This document shows, piece after piece, positions 18,008 through 27,423 of a DNA stretch of 64,000 bases. Each line of letters begins with the position of its first letter. Positions within the stretch are counted from its first letter, which is position 1. The notes under the pieces were generated by a model that was given only the letters and a program-made list of their open reading frames with translations, was not told where the DNA came from and searched no databases. The stretch lies in assembly GCA_035635995.1 (NCBI GenBank), contig DASPZZ010000190.1:47-64046 (forward strand), given 5' to 3'. Made by a program: the position numbers and the translations under genes. This stretch comes from Candidatus Binatia bacterium (lineage in GTDB: Bacteria > Methylomirabilota > Methylomirabilia > Rokubacteriales > CSP1-6).

Positions 18008-19510
18008 ATGAGGACAGGAGACGAGTATCGCGCGGCGCTGCGCGACGGGCGCAGGGTCTGGGTCGTGGGCGAAGGCCTGATCGACGACGTCACGGTGCAC
18101 CCGGCGACGCGCGCGACGGTGGACGAATACGCGGCCTGGTACGATCGCCACTTCGACCCGGAATGGCAGGACGTGGTCCTGACGCCGCCCGACGCCCAGG
18201 GGAGCCGCGTCCCGCGCGCCTTCGTCCTGCCCCGGAGCACCGACGACTTGCGGGGGATGGGCCGCTGCTTCTCGGCGACGACGTTCCTGAGCGCCGGCAA
18301 CATCACGCACACCCCGGCCTACGGCAACCTCATCGCGCTGGGCATCCTCGACGCGGTCCACCAGCGAAACGTCTCGCCGGAGCAGATCGCGAACGCTGCC
18401 GCGTTCCGCGACCTCATCGCCCGCACCGGGCGCTTCCTCACGTTCTCGGCCGGCGCCGCGACGATCGGCTACCGCCTGCGCGAGGACCCCAGCGAGCGCG
18501 CGGCGCTGCGGCTCGTCCGCGAGACCGATGCCGGCCTCGTCGTCCGCGGCAAGGTCGGCATGCACACGAGCCCGGTCTACGCGGAGGACGTCTACGTCGG
18601 CAGCCACTGCGGAATCGACCGCGGCGCGCATCGCGCGACCTTCATCGTTCCCGTGGGCGCGCCGGGGGTGACCGTTCTCTGCCGCAAGATCTCCGCCCGC
18701 CACGCGAACCCGTTCATGGCTCCGTTGAGCAGCCGCTACGACGAGCTGGACGCCCAGATGTGGCTCGACGACGTGTTCATCCCCTGGGAGCGCATGTTCC
18801 TCATGGACGTCACGCCGGAGCCGATGGCCTCCTGGCTCTTCTGGCATCAGCTCTACTGCTGGCTCTCGAAGGCGGAGTTCACGCTCGGCCTGGCCCTGGC
18901 CTGCACCCACGCCATGGGGCTCGTCGAGCACGAGCCGACGCTCGAGTACCTCATCGACCTCGTCGTCGACGTCCAGACCGTGCGGAGCTGCCAGACCGCC
19001 GCCGAGCTCGACCCCGAGTTCACGGCCGAGGGCTTCTGCGTGCCGGGACGGGGCCACATCGCGGCCGGCAGCATCGCCATGCAGAAGGCGCGCCAGCGCA
19101 TGGCCGAGATCCTGAGGATCCTGCCCGGCTCCTCCCTCGTCGTCGCCCCGTCGGACAAAGACCTGGCGGCGCCGGAGGTCGCGGCCGGGCTGGAGGAGTC
19201 GTTCGCGGGCGGAGGCTACACGGCCCTGCAGCGCGCCGCCCTGCTCCAGCTGGCGGGCGACCACGTCGCCTCGGCCCTGGACGGCCGCGAGTCGGCGTTC
19301 GAGCTGCACGCCAACGGCGGCATTCCCGCGTGGCGCGGGCGGATGCGACGCTACTTCAGCCGCTACAACGAGCTGGCCAACGGCGTCCTGCGCGCGCTGA
19401 ACGTCGACATGCCGGCGATCGACCTGGACAGCCTGCGCGCCGCGCCACTGGCCCCGCGACGCCAGGTCACTCCGCCGACCACTACGCCACCGCCCGCCAG
19501 TCGGGGCTAA
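18008..19510 (+). CDS. 4-hydroxyphenylacetate 3-hydroxylase family (HpaB-like) flavin monooxygenase oxygenase component
   Basis: MRTGDEYRAALRDGRRVW, DVTVHP, ETDAGLVVRG, PLSSRYDELDA..LDDVFIPWERMF. Confidence 0.88.
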   Translation: MRTGDEYRAALRDGRRVWVVGEGLIDDVTVHPATRATVDEYAAWYDRHFDPEWQDVVLTPPDAQGSRVPRAFVLPRSTDDLRGMGRCFSATTFLSAGNITHTPAYGNLIALGILDAVHQRNVSPEQIANAAAFRDLIARTGRFLTFSAGAATIGYRLREDPSERAALRLVRETDAGLVVRGKVGMHTSPVYAEDVYVGSHCGIDRGAHRATFIVPVGAPGVTVLCRKISARHANPFMAPLSSRYDELDAQMWLDDVFIPWERMFLMDVTPEPMASWLFWHQLYCWLSKAEFTLGLALACTHAMGLVEHEPTLEYLIDLVVDVQTVRSCQTAAELDPEFTAEGFCVPGRGHIAAGSIAMQKARQRMAEILRILPGSSLVVAPSDKDLAAPEVAAGLEESFAGGGYTALQRAALLQLAGDHVASALDGRESAFELHANGGIPAWRGRMRRYFSRYNELANGVLRALNVDMPAIDLDSLRAAPLAPRRQVTPPTTTPPPASRG

Positions 19511-20466
19511 GAATCAACCGCCGCCTCGCGCGGTCGAAGTGCCGCCACCGCCCAGCGCCAGAGCCGCCGCGTCCCCGGCACCAGGCCGTCGGGCATGAAG
19601 ACGACGATGACGACGAAGATGGCGCCGAGGACGAAGTTCCACCGCTCGATGTAGGCGCTCGCCACGTTCTTGACGATCACGACCAGGCCGGCGCCGACGA
19701 TCGGCCCGAGCAAGGTCGCCGTGCCGCCGGAGATCACCATCAAGAGCGCCTCGGCGGACGCGGTGAGCGCCACCGCCTGCGGGCTCACGAACTGGTTGTA
19801 GTAGAGGTAGAGAAGCCCCGCCACACCGCTCCAGAAGCCCGAGAAGAGGAACGCGAGAAACCTGATCATCCAGACGTGGTAGCCGAGCGCGTTCATGCGC
19901 CTGGGCTGGTCCCGCGTGCCGCGCACGCTGGCGCCGAACGGCGAGGCGACGAAGACCGCCATCGTGGCCACCGCGGCGAGGAACACCGCCAGGGTCGCCC
20001 AGTAAAAACCCGCCGGCGAGGCGAGCGACAGCCCGAGCGGGCTCGGCCGGCCCCGGATCGCGATGCCGTTGTCGCCGTTGGTGATGCTGATCCATCGATA
20101 GGCGACGCCCCAGACGATCTGGCCCAGGGCCACGGTGATCATGACGAAGCCGAGGCCGGTGCCGCGGAGCGCCAGCACCGCGAAGGCCGCGGCGGCGACG
20201 AGCGTCAGCGCCAGCGCCCCGGTCGTGATCGCGATGTGACCGTGGCCGTTGTTCATGATCCGCGCACCCGCGTACGCGGCGATGCCGAAGAGTCCGGCGT
20301 GGCCGAGGCTGACCAGCCCGGCATAGCCGGCGAGCACGTTCACCCCGAGGGCGAAGATGGCGTAGAAGAGAACCTGGCTGGCGATGTTGACGTAGTAGGT
20401 CCCGCTGACCCAGAGCGGTACCGCGGCCAGGATCACCAGCGCGGCGGCGAGCCCGGCCCGCCTCAC
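19507..20466 (-). CDS. Branched-chain amino-acid ABC permease (LivM-like)
   Basis: GYAGLVSLGHAGLFG, TNGDNG, SPFGASVRG, GGTATLLGPIVG. Confidence 0.92.
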   Translation of the reverse strand: MRRAGLAAALVILAAVPLWVSGTYYVNIASQVLFYAIFALGVNVLAGYAGLVSLGHAGLFGIAAYAGARIMNNGHGHIAITTGALALTLVAAAAFAVLALRGTGLGFVMITVALGQIVWGVAYRWISITNGDNGIAIRGRPSPLGLSLASPAGFYWATLAVFLAAVATMAVFVASPFGASVRGTRDQPRRMNALGYHVWMIRFLAFLFSGFWSGVAGLLYLYYNQFVSPQAVALTASAEALLMVISGGTATLLGPIVGAGLVVIVKNVASAYIERWNFVLGAIFVVIVVFMPDGLVPGTRRLWRWAVAALRPREAAVDS

Positions 20467-21323
20467 GCCGCCTGCCGTCCGAAGAGGCCCTGCGGCCGGA
20501 CGACCAGCACGATCAGCATGGGCAGGAACAGCACGACGTAGGCGAGCTCGGGAAACATCGCCTGACCGAAGTTGTAGAGGAAGCCGACGACGAAGCTGCC
20601 CACGAGCGAGCCGAGCAGGCTGCCGCTGCCGCCGAGGATCACGACGACGAGGGCCAGCGGGAGCATCTCATGGTCGAGCCCGGGATAGACCGAGAGGATC
20701 GGCCCGCCGATCACGCCGGCGAAGCCGGCGAGCCAGGCGCCCAAGCAGAACACGAGGGTGAAGAGCCGCGAGACGCGGATGCCGACCACGCGGGCCATCG
20801 CCGGATCGTCGACGCCCGCGCGGATCATCGCGCCGAGCCGCGTCCGCTCGAGGAGGGCCCAGAGGGCGACGGCGAAGATCACCGCGATGAGGCTGATGGC
20901 CAGGCGATACGTGGGGAAGCCGAGGCCCAGCAGCGAGGTGGCGCCGCGCAGCGCGCTCGGCGTGGCGATCCGGATGGGATCACCGGTCCACACCATGAGG
21001 CAGACGTCGGCGATCATGAACGAGAGGCCGAGGGTCACCAGGACCTGCGCGAGCTCGGCCCCGCCCAGCCGGCGCAGGATGAGGCGCTCGACGATACCGC
21101 CCAGGGCGGCCACCAGCAGCCCGCCCACGAGCGCGGCCGTCCAGAAGTCCATCCCCCGCGCGATCAGGCTCGTCGCGAGATACGCGCCGAGCATGAAGAA
21201 CGAGCCGTGCGTCAGGTTCGGGATCTTCATCAGACCGAAGATGAGCGAGAAGCCGGCGGAAAGGAGGAAAAGGAGGCCGCCCAGCGTGATGCTGTTGACC
21301 GCCAGCACGACCCACAAGCTCAT
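20463..21323 (-). CDS. Branched-chain amino-acid ABC permease (LivH-like)
   Basis: GFSLIFGLMKIPNLTHG, TRLGAMIRA, VRPQGLFG. Confidence 0.92.
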   Translation of the reverse strand: MSLWVVLAVNSITLGGLLFLLSAGFSLIFGLMKIPNLTHGSFFMLGAYLATSLIARGMDFWTAALVGGLLVAALGGIVERLILRRLGGAELAQVLVTLGLSFMIADVCLMVWTGDPIRIATPSALRGATSLLGLGFPTYRLAISLIAVIFAVALWALLERTRLGAMIRAGVDDPAMARVVGIRVSRLFTLVFCLGAWLAGFAGVIGGPILSVYPGLDHEMLPLALVVVILGGSGSLLGSLVGSFVVGFLYNFGQAMFPELAYVVLFLPMLIVLVVRPQGLFGRQAA

Positions 21324-21380
21324 GAAGTTCCGGTCCGAGCGGCGGCTTTGCCGCCGCAATCTGCTTCTGGGGGAGGTCGG

Positions 21381-21403
21381 GAGGGGGCCGTCCCGGCCCC
21401 CTC
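21381..21403. repeat. GC-rich hairpin (10-bp perfect stem) between SBP and permease genes; REP-like or mRNA stabiliser
   Basis: GAGGGGGCCG-TCC-CGGCCCCCTC. Confidence 0.75.
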
Positions 21404-22637
21404 ACGTCTTGAGTGGCGGATAGTCGCGCGAGTACACCGGCTGCGACAGGAACCACTTCTCGTCGTAGGTCCAGAACTGGCTGACCTTGGGATAGGTCTT
21501 GATCGTGGTATTGACGAGCTTGTCGCCCTTCTTCTCGCACCGCCGGACGTAGAAGCTCCCGACCACGTTACCGAAGTGATCGAAGGAAAACGGTCCGCGG
21601 GGCGTGTCGGTAAGCGCCACCGCGCGCAAGGCCCGGTTCAGCGCGTCCTTGTCGTCGGTCTTCCCGCCCGTTTTCTCGAGCGCGGCTTCCGCCACCATGC
21701 CGTTGATGTAAAGCCCGGCCGAGTAGAGGCCGGGGCTGTTGCCGTAGTCGCGCACCATCCCATCGATGAGGCGCTTGTTGCTCGGCGTGTCGAGGTCAGC
21801 CGTGTAGGCCGAGCACGAGATCAAGCCGACCGCCTCGTCGCCGAACGACTTCAGCAGCGCGTCGTCGCAGGACGGCCCGCCGCCCAGCACCGGCAGCTTG
21901 AGGCCCTGGTCCTGGTACTGCTTCATGAACTTCAGGGGGTTCGAGCCCGCGAACCCCTGGACCACGGCGTCGACGGAGCTGATCTGGGCCAGATACGGCG
22001 TGTAGTCGGGCGTCACGAGCGGCGGCCACAGCTTCTTCACCACCCGGCCGCCCGCGTCCTCGAAGACACGCTGGAAGCCCGCCATCTGCTCGTGACCGAA
22101 GGCGAAGTCGTCGGCGATGGTGATGACGCGCTTGAACTTCAGCTCCTTCGCGGCGTAGTCGGCCAGCGGGTGCATCGGCTGCGCCGAGGTCGCGGAGGCC
22201 CGGACGAAATACGGGTTGGGCCGCCGCTGCGTCATGTCCTCGGCCGCGGCCAGGCTCAGGATCGGCACCTTCGCCTGCGCGGTGTAGTCGGTGATGGCGA
22301 GCAGCTCGAACGCCGCGAGCGGCCCCAGGATCATGTCCACGTTGTCGCGCTCGACGAGCTCTTGCGTCTTGGTCTTGGTGCCGGCGGGGTTGCCGCCCGT
22401 GTCGGCGACGACGAGCTCGACCTTGCGCCCGGCGAGCGTGTAGTTCCGGTCCTTGAAGAAGCGAATCGTCCCCTGCTCCATCTGGATCCCGCCCTGGGCG
22501 AGCGGCCCCGTCTTCACCGTGAGCAGGCCGATACGGACCGGCTTCGACTGCGCCACCGCCGGGAACGGCAGCGCCGCCGCGAGCGCCGCGCCCGCGGTGC
22601 CCGCCAGGAATTTCCGTCGATCGGGACTGACCGCCAT
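21402..22637 (-). CDS. Branched-chain amino-acid-type ABC substrate-binding protein, Tat signal
   Basis: DRRKFL twin-arginine motif; VADTGGNP; DTPRGPFSFD; AGGAGG RBS. Confidence 0.92.
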   Translation of the reverse strand: MAVSPDRRKFLAGTAGAALAAALPFPAVAQSKPVRIGLLTVKTGPLAQGGIQMEQGTIRFFKDRNYTLAGRKVELVVADTGGNPAGTKTKTQELVERDNVDMILGPLAAFELLAITDYTAQAKVPILSLAAAEDMTQRRPNPYFVRASATSAQPMHPLADYAAKELKFKRVITIADDFAFGHEQMAGFQRVFEDAGGRVVKKLWPPLVTPDYTPYLAQISSVDAVVQGFAGSNPLKFMKQYQDQGLKLPVLGGGPSCDDALLKSFGDEAVGLISCSAYTADLDTPSNKRLIDGMVRDYGNSPGLYSAGLYINGMVAEAALEKTGGKTDDKDALNRALRAVALTDTPRGPFSFDHFGNVVGSFYVRRCEKKGDKLVNTTIKTYPKVSQFWTYDEKWFLSQPVYSRDYPPLKT

Positions 22638-22654
22638 GCCAGGTCCTCCTTTTC

Positions 22655-22709
22655 ATAGCCGCGCCTCGGCCGGCCGGGCCCCAGCCCCGCGACGGCCTGC
22701 GGCGCGCAC
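22655..22709. repeat. Dispersed diverged copy of the 10007-10127 REP-like element
   Basis: ATAGCCGCGCCTCGGCCGGCCGGGCCCCAGCCCCGCGACGGCCTGCGGCGCGCAC aligns ungapped with 10005-10059. Confidence 0.85.
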
Positions 22710-22719
22710 GCCGGCCGAC

Positions 22720-23883
22720 TCAGTAGCTCTTGGGGAGCCCGAGAACGTGCTCCGAGAGGTAGTTGAGCACCATCTGCTGCGAGACCGGCGCGATCTTGTA
22801 GAGACGCACCTCGCGCCAGAGCCGCTCGACGTAGAATTCTTTCGCGTACCCGTAGCCGCCGTGGGTCTGGAGCGCGACGTCGCACGCCTCGAAGCCGGCC
22901 TCGGCCGCCATCAGCTTGGCGGTGTTCGATTCGGCGCCGCACGGCCGGCCATTGTCGAAGAGCCACGCGGCCTTGAGACACATGAGCTCGGCGGTCTCGA
23001 GCTTCGCCCAGGCCAGCGCGAGCGGGTGCGCGATCGCCTGGTTCTGGCCGATCGGACGGTCGAACACGACCCGGTCCTTCGCGTACTGCACGCCGCGCTC
23101 GAGCGCCGCGCGCCCGATCCCGACCGCCTCGATCCCGGTGAAGATGCGCTCGGGGTTGAGCGAGTCGATGAGGTGATAGAAGCCGCGGCCGACCTCGCCC
23201 ACGACGTTCTCGGCCGGGATCTCGAGCCCGTCAATGAAGATCTCGTTCGAGTCGACCGCTGCCCGGCCGAGCTTCTCGATCTCGCGCACCGTGATCCTGG
23301 CGCGATCGAACTCCGTGAAGAACAGCGTCATCCCGCCGAAGGGCGCGGCCGCGTCCCGGGGCGACGTGCGCGCGAGCAGCAGGATGTGGGTCGCGTGCTT
23401 GGCGTTGGTGTTCCACACCTTGCGCCCGTTGACGACGTAGCGGTCGCCCTGGCGTTCGGCCCTCGTCTGGATCCGCGAGGTGTCCGTGCCGGCGTTGGGC
23501 TCGGTCACGCCGAAGGACATGACGATCTCGCCCGCGGCGACGCGCGGGAGATAGCGGCGCTTGAGGCCCTCCGAGCCGTGCTTGATGACGGGCATCGGGG
23601 GGAAGAGGTAGAAGTGGATCGGCGAGGCGCCCGTCGTGCCCGCGCCGGCGGCGCAGATCTCGTGCAGCATCAGCGTCGCCTCGGTCACGCCCAGGCCCGA
23701 CCCGCCGTACTCTTCCGGAATGATCATGCCGAGCCAGCCAGCCTGCGCGAACGCCCGGATCCAGTCCACCGGGTACTCCGCCTTGCGATCCTTCTCCAGC
23801 CAGTAGTCGAGCGAAAAGGATCGCGCGAGCGTGGCGACTTCCTTGCGGATCAGCTCCTGCTGCTCTGTCAGCTGAAAGTCCAT
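22720..23883 (-). CDS. Acyl-CoA dehydrogenase
   Basis: PEEYGGSG, FGVTEPNAGTD, VNGRKVW, LNPERI, QTHGGYGY. Confidence 0.95.
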   Translation of the reverse strand: MDFQLTEQQELIRKEVATLARSFSLDYWLEKDRKAEYPVDWIRAFAQAGWLGMIIPEEYGGSGLGVTEATLMLHEICAAGAGTTGASPIHFYLFPPMPVIKHGSEGLKRRYLPRVAAGEIVMSFGVTEPNAGTDTSRIQTRAERQGDRYVVNGRKVWNTNAKHATHILLLARTSPRDAAAPFGGMTLFFTEFDRARITVREIEKLGRAAVDSNEIFIDGLEIPAENVVGEVGRGFYHLIDSLNPERIFTGIEAVGIGRAALERGVQYAKDRVVFDRPIGQNQAIAHPLALAWAKLETAELMCLKAAWLFDNGRPCGAESNTAKLMAAEAGFEACDVALQTHGGYGYAKEFYVERLWREVRLYKIAPVSQQMVLNYLSEHVLGLPKSY

Positions 23884-23999
23884 GGGCGCGATTGTAGCCC
23901 AACATCCGGTTGGCGGTCGCTCCGCGTCGCGGGCGTGAGCGTGGAGGCGGCGGCCCAGCGCGTCCCCATGACTGAGGGCGGGGTGCTATGATGCGCGGC

Positions 24000-24755
24000 A
24001 TGGCGGTGCAGGGGCTGTACGCGCTGCAGAACGGGTTCATGGGCTTCGAGCGCTCCGGGCTCTTCTATGGGGAGTTCTCCGGCGACCGCGTCCAGATTCC
24101 CATCGCCTGCTGGCTCGTCCGCACCTCCGAGGCGATGATTCTCTTCGACACGGGGCTGTCGCCGCGCGCGGTCCCGGGCATGATGCGCAGCGACCCGCTC
24201 GCGCGCTTCACGGACGAGGATCTGCTGATCCACCGGCTCGACCTCGTCGGCCTCGAGCCCGACAACGTGGACATGGTCGTGCTCTCGCACCTTCACTTCG
24301 ACCACGCCGGGGGTGCAGCGCTCTTCCCCAAGTCCGAGCTGATCGTCCAGAAGGACGAGTACGCGTACGCGCACTACCCGAGCTCGTTCTTCGAGTCGTT
24401 CTACTATCGCAAGAACTTCGACCTGCCGGGTTACCGCTGGCGGCTGCTGGACGGCGACACCGAGCTCCTGCCCGGCGTGACGATCCTGAGAACCGACGGC
24501 CACACGCCCGGCCACCAGTCGCTGCTGGTCGAGCTGCCCGAGACGGGCCCGGTCATCCTCACCGGCGACGCGTGCTACTGGCACGAGCACGCCGACAAAG
24601 AGCGCGTGCCCGGCGTCGTCTGGAATCCGACGCTGGCGCTCCACTCTCTCCGAAAGCTGAAGACGATCGCGCGCCTCGTGCGCGGTCGCATCTTTCCCGG
24701 TCACGATCCGGTCTTCTGGGAATCCGTCAAGCAAGCGCCGGACGCCTACCGCTAA
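24000..24755 (+). CDS. N-acyl homoserine lactonase family metallo-beta-lactamase
   Basis: SHLHFDHAGG, GHTPGHQS, LTGDA, PGHD; start chosen 7 nt after TATGAT (alternative 23988). Confidence 0.88.
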   Translation: MAVQGLYALQNGFMGFERSGLFYGEFSGDRVQIPIACWLVRTSEAMILFDTGLSPRAVPGMMRSDPLARFTDEDLLIHRLDLVGLEPDNVDMVVLSHLHFDHAGGAALFPKSELIVQKDEYAYAHYPSSFFESFYYRKNFDLPGYRWRLLDGDTELLPGVTILRTDGHTPGHQSLLVELPETGPVILTGDACYWHEHADKERVPGVVWNPTLALHSLRKLKTIARLVRGRIFPGHDPVFWESVKQAPDAYR

Positions 24756-24772
24756 GGGTCAAGGAGAAAGCC

Positions 24773-25984
24773 ATGAAAGACGGCCTCAGGTTCGTGGACA
24801 GTGACATGCACATCATGGAGCCGCCGGATCTCTTCGAGCGCTATCTGGATCCGAGGTTCAAGGACCGGATCAGCGTGCCGGTGGGCGCCGACGGACGCCC
24901 CAAGCGCGGCGCCGCCGGCCTGACCGTCATCGACGGAATCCCGACCTCGGACATGGACCTCCAGCAGTACCGCAAGCGCGTCCGCAACAGCGGGCCGCAG
25001 AGCACGCAGCCCCTGTCGGGCTCGCGGCTCTTCGACACCGGCCGGCTCGACTTCGCCGTCGAGCGCGACTACGACCCCGTCGCCCAGGTGATGGGCATGG
25101 AGCTGGAGGGGGTCGACATCGCGGTGCTGTACCCCACCGCCGGCCTCGCCTTGCTCGGGCGCGACAACATGGACCCGCAGCTCTCGCTGGCGATCTGCCA
25201 GGCGTACAACAACTGGATCCATGAGTTCTGCGCGTACAGCCCGGACCAGCTCAAGTGGGTGGCGATGCTGCCGGTGCACGACGTGCACCTGGCCTGCCGC
25301 GAGCTCGTGCGGTGCGTCCGGCAGCTCGGGGCCGTCGGATCGTTCATCCGCCCGAACCTCGTGAACGGGCACTACTGGCACTCCAACTACTGGGACCCGC
25401 TCTACACCGTGCACGAGGAGCTGAACGCCACCTGGGGATTCCACGAGGGCGTGAGCGCCATCTACTCCCGCATGATCCCGCTGTACGGCGAGAACCGCTT
25501 CTATCGCCACGTCGCCAGCCACTGGATCGAGATGCAGCAGGCCCTGATCGCGATGGTCATCGGCGGCGTGTTCGAGTTCCATCCCAAGCTCCGGGTCGGT
25601 TATCTGGAGGCCCAGAACTCCTGGGTGCCGGGCGTGCTGACCCGCATCGAGTGGGATTATCCCCAGTATCGCGACTCGCACGCCCCGTACCTCGCGCTGA
25701 CGCCGCGGGAGTACTTCCGGCGCAACTGCTGGGCGGCCGTCGAGGGGAGCGAGCCGGAGATCGAGGCGACGGCGGGGCTGATCGGCGCCGACCGGATGTG
25801 CATCTCGACCGACTACCCGCACTTCGACTCCAACTTCCCGCACGTCTCGACGAACCTCTTGAAGAACGTCCCCCGCGAGATCGCCGCGCAGATCATGGGC
25901 GGCGGGGCGCATCTCTACGGTTTCACCGACGAGCACTTCAAGAAGGCCGCCGCCGCGGCGGCGAAGATCGGCTCGCGGCGCTGA
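24773..25984 (+). CDS. Amidohydrolase_2 family protein
   Basis: VDSDMHIMEP, GFHEG, YLEAQNSW, STDYPHFDS; AAGGAG RBS. Confidence 0.9.
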   Translation: MKDGLRFVDSDMHIMEPPDLFERYLDPRFKDRISVPVGADGRPKRGAAGLTVIDGIPTSDMDLQQYRKRVRNSGPQSTQPLSGSRLFDTGRLDFAVERDYDPVAQVMGMELEGVDIAVLYPTAGLALLGRDNMDPQLSLAICQAYNNWIHEFCAYSPDQLKWVAMLPVHDVHLACRELVRCVRQLGAVGSFIRPNLVNGHYWHSNYWDPLYTVHEELNATWGFHEGVSAIYSRMIPLYGENRFYRHVASHWIEMQQALIAMVIGGVFEFHPKLRVGYLEAQNSWVPGVLTRIEWDYPQYRDSHAPYLALTPREYFRRNCWAAVEGSEPEIEATAGLIGADRMCISTDYPHFDSNFPHVSTNLLKNVPREIAAQIMGGGAHLYGFTDEHFKKAAAAAAKIGSRR

Positions 25985-25993
25985 GTTGAGGCG

Positions 25994-26017
25994 AGCCGGG
26001 GGCTCGAGCCCCCGGCT
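25994..26017. terminator. 24-bp perfect palindrome between convergent genes (putative bidirectional terminator or REP)
   Basis: AGCCGGGGGCTCGAGCCCCCGGCT; no U-tract. Confidence 0.55.
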
Positions 26018-26023
26018 TCCTCG

Positions 26024-26632
26024 TCACCGGGAAGGCCGGAGCCGCGGGTCGACCGCGAGCAGGAAGAACAGGAGGTACGCGGTTCCTCCGGCGAAGCCGC
26101 CCAGCACGTCGCTCAGCCAGTGAGACCGCAGGTAGAGCCGGCTGACTGCGATTGCCAGAATCAGCAGCACCAGGAGCACCGTCCCCGTCCACCGCCAGAC
26201 CCGGCGCAGCTCGATGGTCCACAGCACGTAGATCAAGCCGCCGAAGAACACGACGGCGCCGAAGGTGTGGGCGCTCGGGAATCCGTATGGAGACAGCTTG
26301 GGGCGAGGGCGCGCCACGATCCACTTGGTGAGCGCGAAGGCGATGAACGATCCGACGACCATCGCCGGGACGTGCCGGGCCAAGCGATGGCCGTGGCGCT
26401 TGAGCAGAACGAACGTGAGGGCGCTCAGCGGGATCAGCCCGTAGCCTGACCCGACGCCGCTCAGCACCCGCATGAGAGACTTGACGTGCGGGTGCGCCGT
26501 CGACCGGGCCAGGGCGTCCACGGTGTGGTCGAGGTCGAAGAACCGCTGGTCGAACGCGAACGCGGCGAGGACAAGGAATGCGAGCGCAGAGACGATCGCC
26601 AGAAGGAGCACCGCCCACCGGAGCGCTTGCAT
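26024..26632 (-). CDS. PAP2 family membrane phosphatase
   Basis: KWIVARPRP, FPSAH, SRLYLRSHWLSDV. Confidence 0.92.
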   Translation of the reverse strand: MQALRWAVLLLAIVSALAFLVLAAFAFDQRFFDLDHTVDALARSTAHPHVKSLMRVLSGVGSGYGLIPLSALTFVLLKRHGHRLARHVPAMVVGSFIAFALTKWIVARPRPKLSPYGFPSAHTFGAVVFFGGLIYVLWTIELRRVWRWTGTVLLVLLILAIAVSRLYLRSHWLSDVLGGFAGGTAYLLFFLLAVDPRLRPSR

Positions 26633-26670
26633 CGGTCGGCCCTGATTATGGCACGGCGGCCTTCGACGAC

Positions 26671-27372
26671 ATGCAGGCACGGCTCGGGCGGCTCGACTGG
26701 CGGGCCATCGAGCGCTCGCTCTGGCAATGGGGCTACGCGAAGACGCCCCCCGTGCTCACCCCGTCCGAGTGCGCCGAGCTGATCGGCCTCTACGGCGAGG
26801 ACGAGCGCTTCCGGAGCACGATCGACATGGCGCGCTACAAGTTCGGCGTCGGCGGATACCGGTACTTCGCCGCGCCGCTGCCGCCGCTGGTCGAGGCCCT
26901 GCGCCGCCACGCCTATCCCCCGCTCGCCGGCATCGCCAACCAGTGGGAAACCGCCCTCGCAAGCGCCATCGTCCATCCGCCGACTCTCGACGGGCTGCTC
27001 GCGGTCTGCCATCGGCGCGGCCAGACCAAGCCGACGCCGCTGCTTCTCCACTACGAGGCCGGCGGCTACAACTGCCTGCACCAGGACCTCTACGGCGACG
27101 TCGTCTTTCCCCTGCAGCTCACGTGCTTCCTGAGCCGGCGCGGGGTCGACTACACCGGCGGCGATTTCCTGCTGGTCGAGCAGCGGCCGCGCGCGCAGTC
27201 ACGGGGCGAGGCGATCGCCACGGAGCAGGGCGAGATCGTGATCTTCACGACGCGGCACCGGCCGGTCGAGGGCACGCGCGGCGTCTACCGGTGCGCCATG
27301 CGGCACGGCGTGAGCCGCGTCGCGTCGGGATCCCGCTACACACTCGGCGTCATCTTCCACGACGCCAAGTAG
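26671..27372 (+). CDS. 2OG-Fe(II) oxygenase (DUF2086-like)
   Basis: YNCLHQDLYG (HxD), EQRPRAQSR, RHGVSRV, RYTLGVIFHDA. Confidence 0.88.
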   Translation: MQARLGRLDWRAIERSLWQWGYAKTPPVLTPSECAELIGLYGEDERFRSTIDMARYKFGVGGYRYFAAPLPPLVEALRRHAYPPLAGIANQWETALASAIVHPPTLDGLLAVCHRRGQTKPTPLLLHYEAGGYNCLHQDLYGDVVFPLQLTCFLSRRGVDYTGGDFLLVEQRPRAQSRGEAIATEQGEIVIFTTRHRPVEGTRGVYRCAMRHGVSRVASGSRYTLGVIFHDAK

Positions 27373-27423
27373 GTCCGACGACCAGCCGCTTTCCGTCCTC
27401 GCTCATGTGATATCGTGCCGTGC

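Noticed and set aside
17749-20541. Very long Arg/Gly/Pro-rich alternative-frame or antisense ORFs (930 aa here; also 58082-60529, 20670-22658, 14589-16505)
   Set aside because: Shadow ORFs expected in high-GC DNA; they overlap well-supported genes and show no motifs.
24000-24755. Quorum-quenching system
   Set aside because: The lactonase family motif is clear, but no luxI/luxR context is present and the family has broad substrates.
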